Positions 9,991 to 20,867 of a DNA stretch of 64,000 bases are shown piece by piece. This stretch comes from Paramoeba atlantica (Eukaryota; Protista; Discosea). Every line of letters begins with the position of its first letter. Within the stretch, counting starts at the first letter, position 1. The notes beneath the pieces are model-generated. The model did not search any database and had not been told where the DNA came from. It worked only from the letters and a program-made list of their open reading frames with translations. The stretch covers positions 314,571-378,570 of the forward strand of contig CDRNVI010000087.1 of assembly GCA_977017575.1 (NCBI GenBank), given 5' to 3'. Both the position numbers and the translations under genes were made by a program.

Positions 9991-10693
9991 TGTTAAATGG
10001 GTCCGGGCGCTGATGTATGGTTCGTACTTCGAACATTTAATGACTAAATTTTAATCGATTCGGCTCTCCATTACCTCGAAAGTACAAACCGACACGTGGC
10101 TTTTTCCGGGCACATCCTCCATGTACAAAATTCTATGGCCACAGCAAGCGGGAAGACGCAAAAGGCCGTGGCTCTCCACAGTGTACTGCGTTCTCCCCTT
10201 GCGCGATCTCCCCGAGACTTCGCCAGTATCGGACGCAAGAGAACCCAGGGCAACCTGTGCATACTGGCCTGACCTCAGCATTGTGCCACGTTTCCGGTGC
10301 AGTGTTTAATTCACGTGATGCTTCAGCCTCAAATGCTACCTCGAAACGTAAGGAAATGTGTTCGCTTTCACGGTGTGACGGAGTATTGCTGTTCATTTTT
10401 ACGGAAAGCTAAAAGAGCGCTTAATAACATATAATCTAACTTCTCATCGAAGTAAACCACTGTCCAGCTTACCATACCCCCCGTTGAGAAGGTCGTTCAA
10501 CTTCTACAGAAGTTAAAAACTTCCACCGCGTTTAACGAAGCGACTAAAAATGAAAAATTGGCTAAGAAAGCGGAAGAAAGCGGAAGGATTAGTACCAATA
10601 TAGCCAATGTTTTTAACGAAAAATAGGGTAAAATAATTAATGTGACCAACAAATTGAAGATTCCATAAAAAAATACATATAATTTTTGGTTTC

Positions 10694-11428
10694 ATGTTTC
10701 GGCCCATTCATGCCGCGGATATTCCAGCGCCGCAAATAGCAAGACGTGCAGCAAAGGTGAGTATAACAAATCTTCCACAAGAATTCCAACTTGAGCAAGT
10801 TGTACGCAATGTTGAAAATCCGAATTCATCATGGACAACATCTACTCCGGCCTGTAAGTGGAGTGGTGTCGATTGTAACAATACCGATAGTGTAATGTCC
10901 ATAACGTGGTGGTCGAGGAAATTAAAAGGTTCGTTAAACTACAGTCATCTGCCCGAAACGATGCACATCTTTTACGCTAATGTTAACGAACTCTCCGGTG
11001 AAGTGCCACTTGAAACGTTTCCTCCGAAGCTGCGTACGTTAAGCCTTCGCAACAATCAGTTGAGTGGAACATTGGACCTGACAGCTCTCCCTCCTAATTT
11101 AAAGACTTTGGTTCTTTCTGGTAACCAATTTACAGGAGAAGTTTGCCTGACCAAATTGCCGTCGGAGCTTCGATACCTTTATCTCGGCAGGAATATGCTA
11201 TCCGGAGACCTTTGCTTCAGAACACTGCCTAAAATGGTTATACTCCGGCTTGAAGAAAATGATTTTTCTGGAAAAATTAGTCTTAGTAGCATTCCATGCT
11301 CATTGGAAGAGTTAAATTTATCAAACGACATAAATCTTTGCGGTAAGGTAAAAGAATATCATATTTCCCCATTGCTGCGCTCTGGCCTGAGGATTGAGAA
11401 CACAAAGATCACACGTTCATTAAAATAG
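10694..11428 (+). CDS. Short LRR protein (copy 1)
   Basis: AAKVSITNLPQEF..SW..ACKWSGVDC cap followed by ~23-aa LPxxLxxLxLxxNxxSGxLDL repeats. Confidence 0.88.
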   Translation: MFRPIHAADIPAPQIARRAAKVSITNLPQEFQLEQVVRNVENPNSSWTTSTPACKWSGVDCNNTDSVMSITWWSRKLKGSLNYSHLPETMHIFYANVNELSGEVPLETFPPKLRTLSLRNNQLSGTLDLTALPPNLKTLVLSGNQFTGEVCLTKLPSELRYLYLGRNMLSGDLCFRTLPKMVILRLEENDFSGKISLSSIPCSLEELNLSNDINLCGKVKEYHISPLLRSGLRIENTKITRSLK

Positions 11429-12000
11429 CTTTTCTTTTAATTTGTGGACAAATTCTCAAGTTCTTTTGTTTGCTTTATATTCCTTACAAATCTAATATAT
11501 TATTATTATAAATTTATAACTACTTGTAAAATAATATTACAATAATATTATTTTTGTCTGTTCGCCTCATATCGTGCCAATTGTAGGCGTTTCAGAGAAA
11601 AACCATCACTGTTTCAGTGTAGAAATGCGATAAGATACATTAGAATCGTGCACTACCGTGCGCTGCCATTTTTCATGATGGCCATCTTTTTGGGAGGGCT
11701 GTATCAAATAATGTACGCCTTGTCACTAGGTTTAGTAGTTTACTTCTGGTGTAAAATCAGTGAATTATGCTTTTTATATGCTTTGCCCGTAACACAGAAT
11801 CGTGACGCCCACTGTACCATTCCCCCTGAAAAAGAAAAAAACATTCGTCTCATGCCCTGTCGTCCATGTATCAGCCTCCTAGCCTCACACACACTTTGTC
11901 AGTGAAAAAATTGAAAAATTGATTGAATTCAAGAAAATATATCCTTTTTATCTTTCCAGAACGTTTGAAGTCTTTTTACCTTTCCCATTCGATATTTTCT

Positions 12001-12804
12001 ATGAGGCTTATTGCACTTTCGAGCGATGTTTCGCTACCACGTTCTGACCACCCTGTCACCTCTGTATCAACGGTAAGTCAGACAATACCGAAAAACACAA
12101 ACAAAGTACGTGCGGGGAAAGTCAGCGCAGTAAATTTACCACAAGAATATCATTTAGCGCGTCTTACTGAAAATGCGGAAAATAAACACGCTTCGTGGAG
12201 TACAGACACACCAGCTTGTAAATGGGAAGGGATAAAGTGTAATGAACAGGGCGAGGTAGAGTACCTCTTTTGGGTTAGGTCAGCTTTCTCCGGCATTTTG
12301 CATTTTGATCATCTTCCACGGTCACTGACGGGTTTGCGCATATACAATACTAAATTTAAAGGGGAGGCTGCATTGAGTTCTCTCCCCAAGGGTCTTGTTG
12401 ATGTCTTTGTGACTTGGAATGAGTTTAGTGGTCCGTTGGACTTAACCTCTCTGCCTGCTTTTCTAGTCCGTTTGAGCTTAAATGATAATAAATTTACGGG
12501 AGGGGTTTGCTTAACTAAGCTTCCAGAGACACTCCAAGAGCTTCGTCTGGCAGATAATTCGCTGACAGGAAGCGTAGACGTGACTGCACTTTCACCGGTT
12601 CTACGTAAGATTAGTTTGCAAAATAATGCTTTTTCAGGGCTAGTTGACTTCTCCCGTCTTCCACCTACGTTAGAAATTATTACATTGGGATGGAATAAAG
12701 ACCTCCGGGGCACAGTGAAGAGGTCAGAGATTTCAACGCGACTGAGATATAATTACAATTTCATCTCCAGTTTCTATGGAACGAAAATTGAAATAACGAA
12801 TTGA
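12001..12804 (+). CDS. Short LRR protein (copy 2)
   Basis: Same cap and repeats; first ATG of ORF 11923..12804 is at 12001. Confidence 0.88.
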   Translation: MRLIALSSDVSLPRSDHPVTSVSTVSQTIPKNTNKVRAGKVSAVNLPQEYHLARLTENAENKHASWSTDTPACKWEGIKCNEQGEVEYLFWVRSAFSGILHFDHLPRSLTGLRIYNTKFKGEAALSSLPKGLVDVFVTWNEFSGPLDLTSLPAFLVRLSLNDNKFTGGVCLTKLPETLQELRLADNSLTGSVDVTALSPVLRKISLQNNAFSGLVDFSRLPPTLEIITLGWNKDLRGTVKRSEISTRLRYNYNFISSFYGTKIEITN

Positions 12805-12904
12805 CAGTGAAGCTTTTCTTTGCTTCATACTAAAAGTGAGGAACATTAATTTTGGATCATAATGATGGAAGTGCTTTATTCGTACTTTATGTTGTACAAT
12901 ATTA

Positions 12905-14838
12905 AACCACCGTCCGGGTTATTATACCTAGGAGGTATAATAAGTGTCCCTAGGTATAATAAGTGTCCCTAGGTATAATAACTTTTCTTTGCGAAAAAGG
13001 GTAAAAAAAATTTCGCGCCGCTTCGCGGCGAGTACGTCTTTACATTGCCCACAAACTCGCATGATACATTGGCTAGTTTTCCTCTTGTGCCTGTGAAAAA
13101 TAATCATGAATTGTACTTCGAAAACGTGCTTGAGTGGGGTGAGGCGCGGGGGTAACTTCGTTTTCTGTAGCTTCGGGGGTGAAAGAATATGAAATGCCAC
13201 GAATATGAATGTTTTCGTGGTTGCTATACCCCAACTGGTTAAAATTCTTGACAATATCAATTTCATATAGGGTTTCTTGGTGGGCTTCACCCATCCAACG
13301 CAACATAAGTTCTGCACCTGCCTTTGATGCGATCTTTCTGTGCCCCTGTTGTAACCAGGGTTGATAATGATTTACGGAGTACTCATGACGAAATCTAGCA
13401 GCGTAGCTTACATCAATGGCCTGGAGAAATTGTGTCATGCCACCGGGTATGACCCCCAATAACATAAATTCACCCATTCTATTTTTCGCAAGATCGGTCA
13501 AATGTCCTCTGGCGCTATCAAATATACTCAAGCATACTTCATCATTAGACAAAAGTGGAGCAATTTGACTCTTCATGAAAGGTATCACGTGCTTGGCCAT
13601 CAGAGATCCAGTAACGACACCCGTTGGACTCTCGAGGACTTGCCATCCGAACGGGTTGCTCACAGTCCAAGGTTTTTTCGCAGAACGTCGCAGAAGAACA
13701 GTACAACGTATTGGCAAAGGAGAATACCCAGCTCCTCGTTTGATGACCGCAACTGAGGCGATGAAAGAACAGCAACGCCTATCCCAATTGGGGTCCTCCG
13801 AAACCATGACGTTCGTGGTTCCGCGTTCGGAGAGCGTTGAATTGGAGTTCATGCTTCCGCTAAATGAAAAGGGTATTTCATCAAAGTTGATGATTATGGC
13901 AATGCACCGAGATAGACGAATAGAGTATAGAAACTGATGAAACCCTTGAATACAAGCTACGATCTGTTCGTGTGTTTTGGTGGTTCGTCTTTGAACAGAC
14001 CGCAATACAATACTGTGTCGTTTCTTCCACTTTGAAAACCATTTTCTGGTTACAGATTCGCCTTTCAGTGTTCGAGCTTTGAGCTTTGTAGTGGCAACTG
14101 AAACGCGGAGGTTTTGCGCTCGAAGACTAGAGAACCATCTATAAAGCTCAGATCCAACATCGTCTTCTCCAACGTTTTCCCCTCTTAATCTTTTACGACA
14201 TCCGTCGCCACGGGATGAATTCTCTGTTTGACGTTTCCAGCTTTGTAGTTGCGAGCGACCGGATAAAAAGACTCGACCTCGTGTAGTAAGGTACAACTCT
14301 CGCTGTAGTTTGGAAAACCACTCTGTCTCGCCTTGTAGTGAACCTAGCAAGCGCATGGCAGTTCGCTTGTCCTTCATTGATATGTCCGTACGTCTTTGCT
14401 TCCCTGCTGGTGATTTTCCCGCGACGGAAGCATTTTTGTTTTGACAATTTTTTAACCGTGCATAGGATTCAAGAAGATTGGCCCTTTCGACGCCAGACAA
14501 AATTTCTGAATTTTCCTCCTCCTCTTGAAATATATTAGAGAAATCTACTTCTTCGAGATCAAGGTCATTTTCGTTGTCGGGTGATTCATTCCCTCCATCG
14601 CCGAACTCTTCGTTCGTGGTATCGGATTCATTGGCATCGCTTGTTTCTGTTTCTCGGTTGCCAGAAATATTATGGAGGGTATCCTCGTAGCACATGTATT
14701 AAATGTATGTTCAAATATATACGTATTCGATGTTTGATCAGCGGTAGGGGGGGGAGGTATAATAAGGACCCTAGGGACACTTATTATACCTAGGAGGTAC
14801 AATAGGTGTCCCTAGGTATAATAACCCGGACTGTGGTT
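12905..14838 (-). mobile_element. Full-length pogo-like element, 1934 bp
   Basis: TA-flanked TIRs AACCAC(C/A)GTCCGGGTTATTATACCTAGG with subterminal repeats at both ends. Confidence 0.9.
13073..14695 (-). CDS. pogo-like DDD transposase, 540 aa, D-D-34-D
   Basis: Tc5-type HTH (LYRWFSSLR..KWFSKWKKRH), INFDEIPF, IFDSARGH, IPGGMTQFLQAIDVS. Confidence 0.88.
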   Translation of the reverse strand: MCYEDTLHNISGNRETETSDANESDTTNEEFGDGGNESPDNENDLDLEEVDFSNIFQEEEENSEILSGVERANLLESYARLKNCQNKNASVAGKSPAGKQRRTDISMKDKRTAMRLLGSLQGETEWFSKLQRELYLTTRGRVFLSGRSQLQSWKRQTENSSRGDGCRKRLRGENVGEDDVGSELYRWFSSLRAQNLRVSVATTKLKARTLKGESVTRKWFSKWKKRHSIVLRSVQRRTTKTHEQIVACIQGFHQFLYSIRLSRCIAIIINFDEIPFSFSGSMNSNSTLSERGTTNVMVSEDPNWDRRCCSFIASVAVIKRGAGYSPLPIRCTVLLRRSAKKPWTVSNPFGWQVLESPTGVVTGSLMAKHVIPFMKSQIAPLLSNDEVCLSIFDSARGHLTDLAKNRMGEFMLLGVIPGGMTQFLQAIDVSYAARFRHEYSVNHYQPWLQQGHRKIASKAGAELMLRWMGEAHQETLYEIDIVKNFNQLGYSNHENIHIRGISYSFTPEATENEVTPAPHPTQARFRSTIHDYFSQAQEEN

Positions 14839-15019
14839 TATATGGTCCAGCACAATGGTATTACTGGGGTGTCATAATGCATGTATACTTCAAAATATCT
14901 GTTTACTAATGTTCTTAGGAGCGTTAGTAGCCATGAGTAAGATGGTATTGCCAGGGAAGAGCACAAGGAGGTCCCGACCTTCCCTAATTTTGTTTTGCGC
15001 CAGAGGCAATCCCATTATA

Positions 15020-15570
15020 AACCCCACCCAATGAAAAGTGACCCACCCCTTTTTTTTCGTACAACTATCCGTTTGAGCTGATTTTTGTTGCATTTTGCAG
15101 ATCTCAGCACAAAGACTTTGCGCGTCAAAACACGGAACCAAAAATCTCAAATGTGTGCATCCGATAGACAGATTATCACTTTCTTCACACTTTTCAAGTG
15201 ACCAATTTCTCACCCTTTCAAGTAAACAAATCTTCTCATTGCCTGAGAGATTCATTTTTTTTTATCTGTTTTTGCTGATATTTTTTGCAAACAAGAGATC
15301 TCGTTCCCCTAGCGAAGAGCTGCGACGCCATTTTCATATTGCCCCCCCTCTCCCCCCTGGCCGCGGAACATGAGATTTTTCGAGTAATATTGTCATGATT
15401 GTGTAAGAAAAGATTAAAAAAATATGTTTTTATTTTTTATTCTTGAAGAGGCCTAAAAACAGCGGGAACGTGCAGATCTCAAAATTTTGAACGACAAAGT
15501 GGTGCTGTCACCCCCCTACGCCCACCTGTGCGAAAAAAAGGGTGGGTCACTTATTCGTTGGGGGGGGGTT
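15020..15570 (-). mobile_element. Non-autonomous derivative of family F (the 41692-43032 element)
   Basis: TA-flanked AACCCC..GGGGTT TIRs; both ends are homologous to the ends of 41692-43032 and to 53824-54130. Confidence 0.8.
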
Positions 15571-15891
15571 TAGTTTTGCAATAGATAAATTATGTGCAAT
15601 AGATTGCTATATTTTTGCAATAGATAAATTTAGCGATAGGGAAACAAGGTTACAGTAGTAGTATTGGGAAGGGTGACTCTGGATGAGAGCTCCTGGAAGC
15701 GCCTAGAAGCGCCAAGGACCTTTGTCCTAAATTTTCGTTTTACGCTTCGTTAATCTTTTATGCTTCAGTTACAGGATGCGGCAATCATGTTATTGGACAT
15801 TTTTAGCCTACAGAACTATCATGTGTTTTTCCAATTCTGGACCACCGGAGCCCCCAAGGGGGGCGACTTATTCGTGTCGAGGGGTTTAAAT

Positions 15892-16053
15892 GAGCGGCTG
15901 CGGGTGAGGCCCAAGACGAGATCACGTGAGATCATGCGAGATCACGTGAGATAACGCGAGTTCTCTCGAGAGCGGATTTGGCTCGGGAGGGTGGTTGGAC
16001 GACCTGAAAACGAGATCATGCGAGATCACGCGAGATCGTACCCGCAGCCCCTC
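15892..16053. mobile_element. Sola2-like MITE (family E), 162 bp
   Basis: GAGCGGCTGCGGGT..ACCCGCAGCCCCTC, 4-bp TSD AAAT, internal 10-bp GAGATCACG(C/T) repeats. Confidence 0.7.
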
Positions 16054-16982
16054 AAATAATACGCAATGTCTCAATATACAATGTCCACTCTTCTGGAAAA
16101 TGCCCCCACCGAAGAACTTAGCGATATCTCGCTAAAGAAACGGGATTACTTGCACGAATCAGAGATGAATTTGAGTTCAGCCCCGGGCTATCCTGACGAG
16201 CGCTCCATCACTGTGGAACATCTTCGGTCAGAAATGAAGAAAAAGCATTTAGCTGATTTAACTGACGCTTTCTTTGGTGACGCAAAAACAGCCTATCACC
16301 CACCTGGGTCAAAAATATTTAGAAAAAACACGAGAAAATAGCATAATTTTACTAAGCACAGCTCTGAAAGGCAATAATGAAAGCCTTTATGATGCTTAAG
16401 CGTCATACTTATCGACGCCAAGTCTTAAATTGTATAAATACAGTTCCTAAACGCTTGCGCATTGTGCAGGCCGCTCAAGGAGACCATTGTGGGTATTAAT
16501 ATATAGGAATTTATACACATTTTTACCCCCCCCCCCCTTTTTTTTTTAATTTGCCAACTTTGACCATGCCCACCCAGGACCCAGAGGCAAACAAACGGCG
16601 GGAAACGCTCTGGTTTTTCGAGATCTGTTGAATGCCGAAGGAATTAGGTCAAAAGCTCTTACGGTGCGCTCTGGAGCCTGGGGGGAAACCAGTACCTGGA
16701 CTGTATATGTATTTTGAAATACTATAGTCTATAGTATTTCAAAATATATACTGGTATACTGGTATAGACCAGTATACCATTATAAAGTTTTACAGTGTAA
16801 GTTATTTTACCCCTTATGAAAAGGAAAAAAAGTCGGGCCGGGGGGGAGACTTATGACAAGGGTTCTATTATCGTTAAGATTAAAATTTACAAAAAAATCT
16901 ACGTACCTGTATTTAAAAATAAACATAGCATTGGATTCATCTCCCTCTTTTTCCTTCCTTCCTTATCCTCTCTCCCCTTTCC

Positions 16983-17939
16983 ATGACCTCCACAACGTCT
17001 CCCTCCGAGCCTACAAAGCAGACCCCCAAACCCTCCCGTCTCACCCAGCTCCTCTCCGACCTTCTCCTCGGCGGTCTCGTCGGGACAATCTCCAAAACCC
17101 TCATGGCCCCTATCGAGCGTATCAAACTTCTTCTCCAAACTATGGAGAGTCACCCCGACATCCTTAACGGGTCCCAGAAACCCTATAAGGGGATTGTCGA
17201 CTGCGCGACTCGGGTCTACACCGAGCAAGGCCCCAAAGCCTTCTGGCGGGGTAATCTCGTCAACTGCCTACGCTACGCCCCTCAACAAGGCAGCGCGCTG
17301 GCGTTTAACGATTGGATCAATTCCCATTTGTTTCCCCATTACAATTCCAAAACAGATTTTTGGAAAAGTTTTGCCGTGAAGCTCACCGCCGGGGGCCTGG
17401 CCGGGGGGGTCGCGAACACGATCTGCTACCCCTTCGACTTTGCCCGTACCCGGCTGGCGAGTGATGTCAAAGCGGGGAGGCCGCAGTTTGGGGGGATTGC
17501 GGATTGCCTGAGCCAAACGGTGAGGGCTCAGGGGCTGCGGGGGCTCTACACGGGCTGGGGGGTGACGGTCGCGGGGGCGTTCGTGTACCGCGCCGGCCAG
17601 CTGGGCTGCTTCAAGCAGATCCAGGAGAGTAACCCGTGGGCCGGGGACAAGGGGACGAGGGGGGCGGTGAGCGCGTTCGCGGCGGTCACGGTGGCCCGGA
17701 CCGTGGTGATGCCGCTGAACTACCCGTTTGACACCATCCGGCGTCGTATGATGCTGGAGAGTGAGAAACCGAAGGGGATGAGGCGGTATGGGGGGGCGTG
17801 GGGGTGTGCGCGGGAGGTGGTGAGGAGGGAGGGGGTGCGGGGGATGTACAAGGGGATGGTCCCGGAGCTGTTTCGAGGGGTCGGGGGGTCGCTGGTGGTG
17901 GTGGCGTATGACCGGATTAAGGTGATTTTTGAGATGTAG
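16983..17939 (+). CDS. Mitochondrial carrier family ADP/ATP translocase (divergent)
   Basis: Three Px[DE]xx[KR] motifs (APIERIK, YPFDFAR, YPFDTIR) and the AAC-type RRRMM(L) signature; intronless. Confidence 0.92.
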   Translation: MTSTTSPSEPTKQTPKPSRLTQLLSDLLLGGLVGTISKTLMAPIERIKLLLQTMESHPDILNGSQKPYKGIVDCATRVYTEQGPKAFWRGNLVNCLRYAPQQGSALAFNDWINSHLFPHYNSKTDFWKSFAVKLTAGGLAGGVANTICYPFDFARTRLASDVKAGRPQFGGIADCLSQTVRAQGLRGLYTGWGVTVAGAFVYRAGQLGCFKQIQESNPWAGDKGTRGAVSAFAAVTVARTVVMPLNYPFDTIRRRMMLESEKPKGMRRYGGAWGCAREVVRREGVRGMYKGMVPELFRGVGGSLVVVAYDRIKVIFEM

Positions 17940-18498
17940 GGGCGGGGTTTTTATGGCGTGGTAGGTTTTTTTTGAGGGATTTTATAGGTTCGTTTAGGTT
18001 TTTCATGGAAGATTATGGTGTGGTGAGAGGAGAAAATGATTTTGAATGGACATGGAACAGGTTCGTAGCAGTCAAAAAGATACATTTCAAGTGATGGATT
18101 CTAGTTTTGGTAGTTGCGAAAGTATTATGAAATTGATTTGTTTCACTGACCCAACGCGTTGATATTTTTATTTCCGTATGTGACATGATTTACGTGTGGT
18201 TTGGGCTTTTTCGTGTAGCTTTCCCCGTTGAGCCAATTTTAAAGTGATTTTTTATGTGCTTACTTTTAGCTTCGCGTTCCACGTGTTTTTTGACAGAAAT
18301 TTATAGCACTGTTCTATAAAAAATTATGCGTTGATTCATTGACATATGATTTGTGAAAGTATTTGCCGAACCCATGGCGGATATTCCCTTACGTTTACGT
18401 TTAATTCCGAGGATATTAAACTATTACGAATATTAGCTTGCTTTCAAAAGGTTACGGAGTATCGCATACTTCTCTCTTGCAAATAAAAGCTTTTACAC

Positions 18499-19173
18499 AT
18501 GACGTCTCATGTAATGGGTCTTTTGCACTGTGCTGACCAGGATTTGAAGGAAAACGGTACAAAAAAGAGTGCACTCTATCCCGGGTCTAAGATACGCGGC
18601 ACCGATCTTCCCATCGAGTATGATTTAGCGCGGCTTGTCAGAGGCATAGAAAACCCTCGTAAATCCTGGACGACAGAGTGTCCTGGATGTCTGTGGGAAG
18701 GAGTTAAGTGTGACAAGAATGGAACTGTGACAGATATCAGGTGGACGTATAACACTCTTTGCGGCTCATTAGACCTCGGATATCTTCCTTCTCAGTTAAA
18801 AGCATTTCGCGCTTACCGCAACAAGCTTTCCGGAGATTTTCCGTTTTCCGTTTTGCCTGAAACGTTAGAGACGCTATTAATACAGGAGAACAACTTTCAT
18901 GGAACCTTCAATTCTTACGATTTGCCTCCGTTGTTGGAAGTTTTGAACATTGAGAAAAACCGATTTTCAGGATACGTTGACTTCTTTGCCTTTCCAGCCT
19001 CGTTGAGGTTTGCGTATATAAGTGGTAATGAAATGTTGCAAGGAAAATTGGATGTCATAGATTTGCCGAAAGACATATTTTATGACGTTAACGGAACTCA
19101 AGTCATTGTTAGCAATGGCCCGTTAAGTCGATGTGATATAGAAAACTTGATGAACCTTGGGTGGGGTTATTAA
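18499..19173 (+). CDS. Short LRR protein (copy 3)
   Basis: LPIEYDL..SW..CLWEGVKC cap followed by LRRs. Confidence 0.88.
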   Translation: MTSHVMGLLHCADQDLKENGTKKSALYPGSKIRGTDLPIEYDLARLVRGIENPRKSWTTECPGCLWEGVKCDKNGTVTDIRWTYNTLCGSLDLGYLPSQLKAFRAYRNKLSGDFPFSVLPETLETLLIQENNFHGTFNSYDLPPLLEVLNIEKNRFSGYVDFFAFPASLRFAYISGNEMLQGKLDVIDLPKDIFYDVNGTQVIVSNGPLSRCDIENLMNLGWGY

Positions 19174-19269
19174 TATTGCTACTATTGTAAACGATTGTTG
19201 ATGATCTTACACAACATTTCCCGGCAGATACAAGCCTCCGTTCAAGAGATCTATGTCATAAACTTCAAT

Positions 19270-19616
19270 GCCATAAACTTCGAGAACCATAATAATTTTC
19301 TGATTATCATTATAATTATCATTGTTAATGGTCTTTAAAAACATCTTAGAACTTTATTTATTTACCTTTTTGTCATTTATTCTTTATCTTTGTTTAAAAA
19401 TAGATTGCTTTTGGCGAAAAAGTCGCTTTCGTCTCAAGAAAATTGCCATAAACTTCAAGAATGATAATAATTTTCTGAGTCTCAATATCATTATCATTGT
19501 TAATGGTCTTTAAAAACATCTTAGAACCTTATTTATTTACTTTTGTTATTTATTCTTTATCTTTGCTTAAAAATAGATTGCTTTTGGCGAAAAAGTCGCT
19601 TTGGCCTCAAGAAAAT
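19270..19616 (+). repeat. Tandem duplication, ~175-bp unit x2
   Basis: GCCATAAACTTC..CTCAAGAAAA unit starts at 19270 and 19445. Confidence 0.9.
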
Positions 19617-19966
19617 TTTAGAAAATATTGCCTACGTGAAAACAGGCTGACAATTTAGAGTTTTAGATAATTTAGAGTTTTCACCATGCACAATAATATT
19701 TTTTTAGATGATTATTATTAGCGATAGAGGGAGAAGTAGCGTATTTATGCTGTAGCCTTCAAAGTGACCGAATTTAGTTGCTAGTTTTTTTTACTAACTA
19801 TTTTACAAAGTCAAAGTCTTTTACAGGAGTACCTTTGAGCAGCTATTTTCTGTTCGCACACTCGCCAAACGCGAATCAGACTATAATTTCCCAACTCTAC
19901 TATAAGCTGTATAGAACTCAATGATCTTTCAAATAAGGCTAACTATCTTTCACAGATTCCTTGGGA

Positions 19967-20688
19967 ATGATTAGCAGATCTCGGCCCGCTAAAGTAAGTC
20001 ATGCTGTTCTTCCACAAGACTACAAATTAGAGAAAGTCTTAGAAAACGTCGAATGTTAGCATTCGTCCTGGAGCCTGTCGCAGCACTAGTGTACTTGGCA
20101 TGGTGTCAAATATGATGCACACCATCATATATGCAAAATGGATTAGTCTTTTGATTGGGACGAACTGAATCTGCATGGGAAATTAGATTTTTCTTACTTT
20201 CCCTGTAGTCTACAATTGCTTGACTTAAATTTCAATAACGTACAACAAAAATTACCTTTGCATGCATTGATCCCTAAGCTACACACCTAGATCTTAGAAA
20301 ACAACCACGTTTTCGCCCCCGTAGAATTGGAATCGCTTCCCAGAACACTGAAAATAGTAAATCTCACCCGAAATCAGTTTTCCTGGAGGTATGCCTTACT
20401 GCACTTCCGCTCCACGTTGAAGAGCTTAGGATTTACCAAAATGAACTCACGGGGACGCCGGACCTTACTGCTCTCCCGTCTGGGAGGTTAAGACTGGATT
20501 TCACATCGAACCGATTTTCAGGGAATAATGAATTCTCACATCTTGAATTGTTTTCAGACACACTTGAATTGTTTTCGTTAGGTAGGAACTTGTCACTGGA
20601 AGGTGAAGTGATGCGAGAGTGTCTTCTGAAACCGTTGCAAGACGACAAGGCTATGTTTTACAGTACGAATATTAAGGTAATGGATTGA
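19967..20688 (+). pseudogene. LRR pseudogene (copy 4)
   Basis: MISRSRPAKVSHAVLPQDYKL..*HSSW..*CTWHGV, then LRR-coding segments with stops and frameshifts. Confidence 0.8.
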
Positions 20689-20867
20689 TCTGTGGGGATG
20701 TTTTGTACTTTATCTACATGTACAGAATACACCAATGTTCGATGCCTAATTCTGGGAATAGCGATTCGGAGGGACTAAAAAGCTGTTTCTTTGTTAAAGT
20801 AAAGTGAAGAAGTAAGTCTTACTGTATTTTGAGTAATAAATTAACATTTCTCTCATTGTCTCTCGAC

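Noticed and set aside
10051-10396. SWIM zinc-finger / Mutator fragment
   Set aside because: EVSGRS..YTV is suggestive, but the CxC..CxH ligands are not properly present; left uncalled.
12309-12713. Antisense ORFs over LRR, carrier, transposase and bacterial genes (e.g. 12309, 17268, 27341, 52967, 57231, 57930)
   Set aside because: Shadow frames of real genes on the opposite strand.
16066-16341. 91-aa ORF as a gene
   Set aside because: No recognisable motif; continues into stop-rich frames.
16940-16982. Trans-splice acceptor polypyrimidine tract
   Set aside because: The tract runs straight into the ATG with no AG between; better explained as part of the C-rich skew.
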